From IMG/VR virus record IMGVR_UViG_3300026484_000053, positions 32,001 through 96,000 of that record: DNA of 64,000 nucleotides, one strand, 5' to 3'. This DNA comes from a virus. Below, one piece after another: positions 36,862 through 44,010 of the stretch. The notes beneath the pieces are model-generated. The model saw only the letters and a list, made by a program, of their open reading frames with translations, was not told where the DNA came from and did no database searches. Position numbers and translations under genes: made by a program. Numbering within the stretch: position 1 is the first letter of the stretch; the number at the start of each line of letters is the position of its first letter.

Positions 36862-37305
36862 CTAAATAAGCTCAAAATGCGGTAAGTCATGGAAAGTTTG
36901 ATCTGCATATGTTTGATCTCCATCCCAATCTAATCCAAATCTTATTTTGTGGGTTATTTTACCTTCAGAGTATAGTCTTTGCGCTATACTAGATACTTTA
37001 CCCATCATAAAATAAAATCTTCTGCTATCGAGTTCAGTACCAGAAAAGGCATTAGTGCCTTTAACATATGGCATAATATCAACAGCCATAGACACTCCGT
37101 TTATACCTTGGTGTTTAGATCTTTGCGTAACGCCGTCTAATTTGCTGCGTCCTTCTTCGAATAGTTCTATTTGTTCTTTTATAGTTCTTATTCCGCAAAT
37201 AACTGAGAAATCGTAATATTTAATAAGTTCTTCAAGTATTAACTGAATATCTTTATGACATGTGTCTAACTTACTTTTTGAAGATTCTGAAAATGAATAA
37301 GCCAT
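36862..37305 (-). CDS. Endolysin, M15 L-Ala-D-Glu peptidase
   Basis: Start MAYSFSESS at 37305; GIRTIKEQ, SKH, AVDIMP, DWD, DLPHFEL Zn ligands. Confidence 0.9.
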   Translation of the reverse strand: MAYSFSESSKSKLDTCHKDIQLILEELIKYYDFSVICGIRTIKEQIELFEEGRSKLDGVTQRSKHQGINGVSMAVDIMPYVKGTNAFSGTELDSRRFYFMMGKVSSIAQRLYSEGKITHKIRFGLDWDGDQTYADQTFHDLPHFELI

Positions 37306-37309
37306 ACTA

Positions 37310-37798
37310 TTACTCTTTAGGCTCTGAAGAGTCTTCGACGTCTTTTGTTTTGTCTGTAACGTCAGTAACGTCAGTAACGTCTTGACCATTATTATTAGAT
37401 TTTGCATCACTTTTTGCATCACTTTTTGCATCACTTTTTGCATTGTCTTTTTTACCTTTCGCTTTCATATCTTTCTGCTTTTGGTTGTCTTTAGCTATTC
37501 CTTCGTCGTCTAGTTCTGGCTCAGGATCTGCTTCTGCGTCTATTTCTTCTGCTGAAGCTTCGTATTCTACAGCTGTTGCAGCGTTAGACACGAAATCTTG
37601 TATATTCATAGTAAGTTCGTCTAAAGAAGATTGAAAATTTATCACCTCTTTTCTCAAAGGATTCTCTTCTCTCATAATTGCCACTACTGGCAAGAAACTT
37701 ACAGCTACAAGATTAGCCTGTATTTCTCTTAACTGTGATAATGCCTCGAATCTCATATCTTCATTTAATGGTCTGAAGTGTTCGTTTAATAATTTCAT
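37310..37798 (-). CDS. Hypothetical late protein
   Basis: 162 aa, LLNE N-terminus, DAKS and DVT repeats, late promoter upstream. Confidence 0.65.
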   Translation of the reverse strand: MKLLNEHFRPLNEDMRFEALSQLREIQANLVAVSFLPVVAIMREENPLRKEVINFQSSLDELTMNIQDFVSNAATAVEYEASAEEIDAEADPEPELDDEGIAKDNQKQKDMKAKGKKDNAKSDAKSDAKSDAKSNNNGQDVTDVTDVTDKTKDVEDSSEPKE

Positions 37799-37827
37799 TT
37801 GGTTGCCTTTTGCTGCATAACGCAGTT

Positions 37828-37841
37828 TATAAATATTTATA
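37828..37841. promoter_or_regulatory. Bidirectional late promoter TATAAATATTTATA
   Basis: Palindrome containing TATAAATA on both strands between divergent genes. Confidence 0.7.
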
Positions 37842-37886
37842 CAGCTTGATACGAATTTATGCGTGCAGGTTTGCTAAAGGAATATT

Positions 37887-38402
37887 ATGAAACAACTAAG
37901 AATTTTAAAATCATCTGAAATACCGATTATAAGAGAAGAGCTACTAAAAGAGCAGCATATGAAATGTAAGATATGTAATAAAGATTGGTCTGCAGATGCT
38001 GGATTTAGTCTAGATCATCAGCACGGTAACAAATCTGAAAAATTTGGAGAAGACGGATACGCATTAGTAAGAGGAATACTTTGCAGAGCATGTAATGTGG
38101 AAGAAGGTAAAATATGGAATTCTATGAAAAGATTTGGATTTGGTACGTCAGTTGACTCCAGGATTGAATGGTTAGAGTCATTAATATGTTATTATAAGTC
38201 AGACAAACCAAAGATAAGTGGCGAATTACTTATACACCCAAATGAAGTTCCTAAAGAACCTATAATAGGTAAAAGAGAATTTAATAAGCTTAATAAATAT
38301 TTTAAAATAAAGTATCCTAATAGAAAAGAGCTGCAATACCCAAAAAGTAAGAAGTGGAATAATATACTTAAAGAACTAAAAATAGAAATGGAGCAAAAAT
38401 GA
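37887..38402 (+). CDS. gp49: Recombination endonuclease VII (Holliday-junction resolvase)
   Basis: CKIC, LDHQH, VRGILCRACNVEEG. Confidence 0.85.
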   Translation: MKQLRILKSSEIPIIREELLKEQHMKCKICNKDWSADAGFSLDHQHGNKSEKFGEDGYALVRGILCRACNVEEGKIWNSMKRFGFGTSVDSRIEWLESLICYYKSDKPKISGELLIHPNEVPKEPIIGKREFNKLNKYFKIKYPNRKELQYPKSKKWNNILKELKIEMEQK

Positions 38403-39910
38403 TAGAAAAAGAACAAACATTATGGGAGTCTTTAAAGGCTAGATTTATGAAAGATCCTGAACTACCAGATTACGAATCAGAACCAGAAGAGGACGATATT
38501 GATATAGTTTTAAATTCTATAGTTCCTACAGGATTTAAAGATGACGGTCTTCATGGTCAAGGATTTGGTTTAGAATCTAAGAAAGAATTAGCTGTAAGGA
38601 AACAAGCCCAAGTAATTAGAGCTTATAGGAATCTTCTTAATATAGCAGAAGTAAATGACGCTTTAAAGGAAATAGTTAATGAAGCCGTTTTTAATCCTCA
38701 AGGTAAAGATCATATTAAAATAGATTTTGACAGCGAAATTATAGATAGTCTTAAAGATATTATACAAGACGAACTTGATAATATAGATGCTATGATGAAT
38801 CTTAAGAAAAACATGTACAGCGTATTTAAAAAATATTACGTAGACGGACAGCTTAATTTCCACTTATCGTACGCTAAAGGTGCTAAAGGTGCAAAAGGTG
38901 CGAGTGGAATTAAAGATATTAAAATAATTAGTCCTATTAATTTTATTTACAACAAGACTAAAAAACAATTTGAATATGTTAAAGAGTCTGATGGGAGTAC
39001 AGTTGAAAATACAGCTGGGTTTGATATAGAAGAAATAGTTAGAATAGATAGTGGCGAATACTCTAACGACATTATACTTGGAAATTTACATCCTGCTATT
39101 AAACCTGCAAGTATGCTTACTACACTTGAAAATATGCTTGTTCCTACTAGATATAACAGAAGTAAATCTAGAAGATTATTTAACGTAGACGTGGGTGGAC
39201 TTAATCCTGCTAAAGCGCAAGAAGCAATGAATAAGATAGAAAGAGAGTTTAAAACAAGTAAGTATTACGACGTTAAGAAAGGAACTATTAGTACTGAAAC
39301 TAATATGAGTTCTTTAACTGAAGATTATTGGTTACCTAATAGAGATGGTGGAAAAGGTACTACTGTTGAAATGATGGATGAGTCTTTTAGTGAAGACAAC
39401 CTTAATGACTTACAGTACGTTAAAAGAAAACTATATCTTAGTATGAATGTACCTATAGGTAGATTAGCTGGTATAGATTCTGCTGGTGAAGCAGAATTTA
39501 GTACAAGCGATGATACTATATCTAGAGAAGAACTTGCTTTCTTCAGCCATATTAGCAGATCAAGAATACAATTCCTAGACGGTTTTTACGAAATAATTAA
39601 GAGACAACTTATTAGTAAAGGAAAATGCACTGAAGAAGAATGGGTTAAGATAAGAAAGCAGTTCACGCTTAAATTCACTAATGAAAATACTTTCTTTGAA
39701 AAGATGGAAAGAGACAAATTAAGTGAGAATTTAGGTATTATAGACGACTTAGATGAAAAACTTGGTAAATTCTTTAGTTATGAAATGGTATTTAAAGACG
39801 TTCTGAAAATGGATGAAGAACAAATAAAAGAATTATCTGAACAAATTGCTAAAGAGAAAAAGGATCCTTTATATGCAGCGTTTTATAACTCATCTGAAGA
39901 AGAATGGTAG
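38399..39910 (+). CDS. gp20: Portal protein
   Basis: YRNLL..AEVNDAL.EIVNE, YYVDG, RLFNVDVGGL, EDYWLPNRDGGKGT, YVKRKLYLSMNVP..R, ISREELAF. Confidence 0.93.
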   Translation: MIEKEQTLWESLKARFMKDPELPDYESEPEEDDIDIVLNSIVPTGFKDDGLHGQGFGLESKKELAVRKQAQVIRAYRNLLNIAEVNDALKEIVNEAVFNPQGKDHIKIDFDSEIIDSLKDIIQDELDNIDAMMNLKKNMYSVFKKYYVDGQLNFHLSYAKGAKGAKGASGIKDIKIISPINFIYNKTKKQFEYVKESDGSTVENTAGFDIEEIVRIDSGEYSNDIILGNLHPAIKPASMLTTLENMLVPTRYNRSKSRRLFNVDVGGLNPAKAQEAMNKIEREFKTSKYYDVKKGTISTETNMSSLTEDYWLPNRDGGKGTTVEMMDESFSEDNLNDLQYVKRKLYLSMNVPIGRLAGIDSAGEAEFSTSDDTISREELAFFSHISRSRIQFLDGFYEIIKRQLISKGKCTEEEWVKIRKQFTLKFTNENTFFEKMERDKLSENLGIIDDLDEKLGKFFSYEMVFKDVLKMDEEQIKELSEQIAKEKKDPLYAAFYNSSEEEW

Positions 39911-39916
39911 AAAATT

Positions 39917-40639
39917 ATGAACTTCAATCAAGGTAACACTAATAATAACGAGTATATGTTATTTAGATCCCAAACTGAGGAGCTAATAAACTTATATGGT
40001 GTACCAGTTACGTATATAAACGTAGTTAAGGAGAATCAAGATAAAGTATTTGGAGAGCATTCTCATATCAAAACTACTGACACTCACGAGTTATATATGC
40101 TTCCTGAAGATCCGCAAGGTTGGGAAGGCGACGGTGGACTTTTTAGTTCATTCGGATTAGAAAACTTAGATAGCGTCACGTTGTTTGTTTCAAGAAATGA
40201 TATGGAGAAAATCCATCCAGCTTTGACTGATAACGAATCGGGTGAATTACAGGTTAATGATATACCTAATGGTAGCTTATGCGTGTTTGAAAGTGACAGA
40301 ATTATGGAAGTGACTTCTTTCAAACTGCATGCAGAAGGTGCGAATAACATATATACTTCTAAATTAGGTAAAAACGTTTATAAACTTGTTATGACTACTT
40401 ATATGCCAAATGGAGATAACGTGTCTTCAGTTGATGATGTACAGGAGGACTATGAAAGTTTTGGAGATCTTGATAAAATATTCGGTAAAATAGCTGAAGA
40501 CAAAGTTGAGCAAGAGCATATTGCAGAAGAGAGAATTATGGAAGATGAAGTGGTTTATCCTGCTCCTGTTAGGAAAAAACCAATAAGAGCTAAAGTAAAT
40601 GAAATAAGTACATTAGGTGTATTTGGAGATTTAGACTAG
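39917..40639 (+). CDS. gp14: Neck protein
   Basis: EELINLYGVPVTY, FSSFGLENLDSVTLFVSR, F...IMEV pattern of T4-like gp14. Confidence 0.8.
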   Translation: MNFNQGNTNNNEYMLFRSQTEELINLYGVPVTYINVVKENQDKVFGEHSHIKTTDTHELYMLPEDPQGWEGDGGLFSSFGLENLDSVTLFVSRNDMEKIHPALTDNESGELQVNDIPNGSLCVFESDRIMEVTSFKLHAEGANNIYTSKLGKNVYKLVMTTYMPNGDNVSSVDDVQEDYESFGDLDKIFGKIAEDKVEQEHIAEERIMEDEVVYPAPVRKKPIRAKVNEISTLGVFGDLD

Positions 40640-40652
40640 TTTAGACATATAA

Positions 40653-40661
40653 TGTTATAAT
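40653..40661 (+). promoter_or_regulatory. Extended -10 promoter upstream of the PolA-like gene
   Basis: TGTTATAAT; a late TATAAATA also occurs at 40743-40750. Confidence 0.55.
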
Positions 40662-40801
40662 AGCATAGATTTAAAATATAACCTTACGCTTCTACGCTTC
40701 TACGCGCTATATTTTAGTCACATTTTGGCCGCTTTTAGTTAGTATAAATAACATTATAACTGACGTACTTTAAAGTATTAACAAACATTATGATTAGAGA
40801 T

Positions 40802-40858
40802 TTTAATTATTGGTAGCTCTCGCAGGTCCTACCAATAATTAAAGTGACCTGCGGTCAC
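40802..40858 (+). promoter_or_regulatory. Structured leader: 15-bp inverted repeat with loop complementary to downstream sequence
   Basis: 40802-16 pairs with 40829-43; loop CGCAGGTC (40821-28) pairs with GACCTGCG (40846-53); alternative hairpin GTGACC-TGC-GGTCAC (40844-58). Confidence 0.7.
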
Positions 40859-40884
40859 TCTCTTATCAATTAATAGGAGATAAA

Positions 40885-42861
40885 ATGAAAGCAAAATTAC
40901 AAGCTCAGTCAAATCTAAATTTTGACAATATAAGCTCATTATTATTATCTTCTATAAAAACTAACAAATTCAATCAAGCTAACAAATTCAAACAATCTAA
41001 ATATAAATCTAAATTAAAGAAAAAGAAGCATATTAATGCTATATACCCTAGTTTAAGCGTTCTTAAAATGCATAAAGAATACATATCAAGCCTAGATAAC
41101 GCACCGCAATCTAGAAGTATAGATATACTTATTGACGTTATAATCGATTTTACTAAAATGCACAGAACTAATCATATGCTAAGTAAGACTAACGGTCATC
41201 TGCTTTTAAGTTCTGAATTCATGAAAAAGTCAATTAGGCATTTCAACACCAGAAGCAACCTTACAGGTACTTTAAGAATAATCACTGGTTTTTATAACAG
41301 AACAAGAAAAGGTAACAATAAAGACAGACTTGGTGCAAGTACTTATACTAAAATAGAGCAAGAAGACACTACTTATGGGTGTGATAAAAATGTACATGAA
41401 GCAGTTAAAGAATATCTACTAAGTACTGATCCTAAAGCAGATGACCATTACGAGCAAATATCTAAACCTAAGGAAAAATCTAATAAAGACAGTAAGAATT
41501 TCCTTAAGGCAATATCAACTCCTGTAAAAGCCCTTAAGCAATGCGAACAATGCGAACAATCTAACCATTATGAGCAAGGTAGTAAAACGACGCAATCTAT
41601 AAAGCAATACAGATTTGACTATAAAGATATACAAGATGAGCTAAATGTTAATAGCTTAGCTAACAGACTAAAAGAAAAAGAACGATTAAATGAGTATATG
41701 AAAGAACAAGTACGTAACGACACGTATAAGCATGCATACCAAAAATACATTTATAAGAAAAATATTGCTGAAAATAACGAGATAATACGTTATTGTAAAG
41801 ACTTCTTTGCTAAACTAACTCTTAAAGGTAATATTCGAAGCACTCAGTATTATACAATAGACATAAAAGAAAGTACAAGTATGAGAAATGGTAGAGTATA
41901 TTCTTACTTTACGTCTTTACCATCTAAAGTAAGAGACTTTATATTTAATGGAATATCACTTGACGGTAAAAACATGGCATTCGCTACGTTATATAACAAG
42001 TACGCTAAAGAAGGACTTGATCTACCATATATGAAAGACTATGTACAGAACAGAGAAAAGCACATCAGACTATTATGCGACTTTGCATATATTGAAGCAA
42101 ACGTCCTAAACGGCTATGAAATGATAGAAGATACAGATTGTAGCGGCTATACTAAGCTTATAATATATGATTACGCTGGAGAAGTAAAAAAGCATAGAAT
42201 GACAAATCTGTATAAAAAAATGAAGAAAGAAGCTAAAATGTTATACTTAAGTGCTCTATTCGGATCTAATCTTAATGAACACTTCACTGACGACAGTACA
42301 TTAAAAATGTTAAGAAGAACGGCTACAGGTGTAAATTATGATAATCCTGCGCATCATTTTATTAAAAACCTTAAATCTGATCTTCTTAAGTGCTGCGCCT
42401 TTAGTAATGTAAAAGTTAAAGATCTGGCTAATGAATTTATGAAGATAGAGACAAGTATGATGAATGAAATACAAAATACGCTTAAGTCAGACATTAAAAA
42501 TACTATAAGAATACATGATGAAGTTATTATACCTTTTATACCTAGTAAAGGTAAAGATACTATAAGAATAAGTTCTATTAATAAAATAGAACAGATATCT
42601 GATCTATATAACGTAAAGATATCTAATGTAGATGATTTATACGATTATGCTTATTATCATAATAGTTGCACTACTTGTAGTACTTGTAGTACCCAATCAA
42701 CACCAGCAGAGATTAGTATAATCGAAAATAATAAAGTACATAGTATCATTAGTAATACAAAGCTATATGATAATGCTACGTATAAGAACTTTAGTTTCTT
42801 TGTTAGAGCTAATAAGCTAAATTACAAAGATAAAGTACCAATTTCGAGCTGCAATAGTTAA
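40885..42861 (+). CDS. Large protein with family-A (PolA/T7 RNAP-like) polymerase palm motifs
   Basis: NGRVYS..TSLP...R, SLDGKN (motif A), K.....LFG (motif B), KIETSMM, IRIHDEVII (motif C) in correct order; no exonuclease motifs seen. Confidence 0.6.
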   Translation: MKAKLQAQSNLNFDNISSLLLSSIKTNKFNQANKFKQSKYKSKLKKKKHINAIYPSLSVLKMHKEYISSLDNAPQSRSIDILIDVIIDFTKMHRTNHMLSKTNGHLLLSSEFMKKSIRHFNTRSNLTGTLRIITGFYNRTRKGNNKDRLGASTYTKIEQEDTTYGCDKNVHEAVKEYLLSTDPKADDHYEQISKPKEKSNKDSKNFLKAISTPVKALKQCEQCEQSNHYEQGSKTTQSIKQYRFDYKDIQDELNVNSLANRLKEKERLNEYMKEQVRNDTYKHAYQKYIYKKNIAENNEIIRYCKDFFAKLTLKGNIRSTQYYTIDIKESTSMRNGRVYSYFTSLPSKVRDFIFNGISLDGKNMAFATLYNKYAKEGLDLPYMKDYVQNREKHIRLLCDFAYIEANVLNGYEMIEDTDCSGYTKLIIYDYAGEVKKHRMTNLYKKMKKEAKMLYLSALFGSNLNEHFTDDSTLKMLRRTATGVNYDNPAHHFIKNLKSDLLKCCAFSNVKVKDLANEFMKIETSMMNEIQNTLKSDIKNTIRIHDEVIIPFIPSKGKDTIRISSINKIEQISDLYNVKISNVDDLYDYAYYHNSCTTCSTCSTQSTPAEISIIENNKVHSIISNTKLYDNATYKNFSFFVRANKLNYKDKVPISSCNS

Positions 42862-42952
42862 ATCCTGCCTATAGTGGCGTCTGCTTTACGTCAAGTCCTT
42901 TAACGTGACTTCAACTACTTCAACTACTTTAATACAACTTTAATCTATCTTA

Positions 42953-42961
42953 TGTTATAAT
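42953..42961 (+). promoter_or_regulatory. Early extended -10 promoter
   Basis: 42918-42983 repeats at 43737-43803 (one A indel). Confidence 0.72.
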
Positions 42962-42990
42962 ATACTTATAAAAATTATAAAGGATAATGA

Positions 42991-43410
42991 ATGAAATTTA
43001 AAACAATAAAATCGCCTACAACAGGCAAAATATGGATGGACAGAAACATCGGTGCCAAGAGAAGAGCCAAAGCAATTGACGATAAAAAGTCATATGGTAA
43101 GATATTAACTTGGGACGAAGCAGTAGATGTATGTAAAAAATACCCAGGCTTTAGATTACCTACGATAAAAGAGCTTAAATCCGAGAATATACAAAACAGT
43201 AATGACGCATTTAATAAACTTAAACTACCTTCTGCTGGTGACGGTTTTGCGTACAGTCAAGGTTCTTGGGGTACTCTGTGGTCGAGTTCTATCGAAAGCA
43301 AGCGCTCTTTCGCATTGGGCTTCCATTCAAAGTCTACGAGCAAGTACAAATACAATCGCGAATTTGAATTTTCAGTAAGATTAATAATGAAAAGAAGGCC
43401 AAATAAATGA
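42991..43410 (+). CDS. FISUMP/DUF1566-like C-type-lectin-fold protein
   Basis: TGKIWMDRNIGA, TWDEA..C..GFRLPT..EL, LKLPSAG, WSSS, FSVRLI. Confidence 0.7.
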   Translation: MKFKTIKSPTTGKIWMDRNIGAKRRAKAIDDKKSYGKILTWDEAVDVCKKYPGFRLPTIKELKSENIQNSNDAFNKLKLPSAGDGFAYSQGSWGTLWSSSIESKRSFALGFHSKSTSKYKYNREFEFSVRLIMKRRPNK

Positions 43411-43580
43411 AAGCAAGTAACGAAGAAATGAGAGACCAATAAGCAAGAGTCAGCTGTGACGGTTGTCCATTTTTCGATGCTATAGATAGATGCACTATAA
43501 TAAATTATAACGAAGAGATTTTCGCAGATACTGAACATAAATGTGGAGCTTACGCATGTATTGCAAATGAAGGTAATTAG
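43407..43580 (+). pseudogene. Small Cys-rich gene with one in-frame TAA
   Basis: ATGA-coupled start; MKASNEEMRDQ*ARVSCDGCPFF...HKCGAYACIANEGN*; stop at 43440. Confidence 0.5.
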
Positions 43581-43598
43581 GAACTTCATAAACCTGAG

Positions 43599-43751
43599 AT
43601 GGAGAAGCATAATTGCAAATTCCAAGTTGGTGATACAATCAGATTCAAGGGATTTTCAGGTAAATACAAGATCATCGACATTGATCACGAAAAAAGAAAA
43701 TACATCCCGGAAATTCAGACACATCATTTAATGCGACTTCAACTACTTTAA
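43599..43751 (+). CDS. Small SH3/KOW-like protein or remnant (50 aa)
   Basis: MEKHNCKFQVGDTIRFKG..YKIIDID; its 3' end runs into the promoter repeat. Confidence 0.4.
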   Translation: MEKHNCKFQVGDTIRFKGFSGKYKIIDIDHEKRKYIPEIQTHHLMRLQLL

Positions 43752-43771
43752 TACAACTTTAATCTATCTTA

Positions 43772-43780
43772 TGTTATAAT
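43772..43780 (+). promoter_or_regulatory. Early extended -10 promoter
   Basis: Second copy of the 66-bp promoter repeat. Confidence 0.72.
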
Positions 43781-43809
43781 ATACTTATAAAAAATTATAA
43801 AGGTTTATT

Positions 43810-44010
43810 ATGAAACTTCAAACTTCTATTAATGGTACGTTAAAAGAGTATCTTCATCTTTTAATAGGTAAAAAATTCAAGAGTGCTTCAGGTAACATTT
43901 ACGAAATTAATGTTCTACCTTTCGCTTTTTATGCTATATCTTTTAATGATAACGTATTATTTACGTCTAACAGAGCAGATGTTATAAATGATTGGCTGTA
44001 CAGAAACTAA
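43810..44010 (+). CDS. Hypothetical protein
   Basis: 66-aa ORF after promoter/AAGG. Confidence 0.55.
   Translation: MKLQTSINGTLKEYLHLLIGKKFKSASGNIYEINVLPFAFYAISFNDNVLFTSNRADVINDWLYRN

Noticed and set aside
37306-37443. MQKVMQKV N-terminal extension of the M15 endolysin (and KLNQT extension at 3549)
   Set aside because: These are off-frame readings of tandem repeats inside the upstream genes; better starts are at 37305 and 3624.
24700-40801. 14-nt match TTATGATTAGAGAT at 24700 and 40788
   Set aside because: A match of this length is expected by chance many times in 64 kb of AT-rich DNA.
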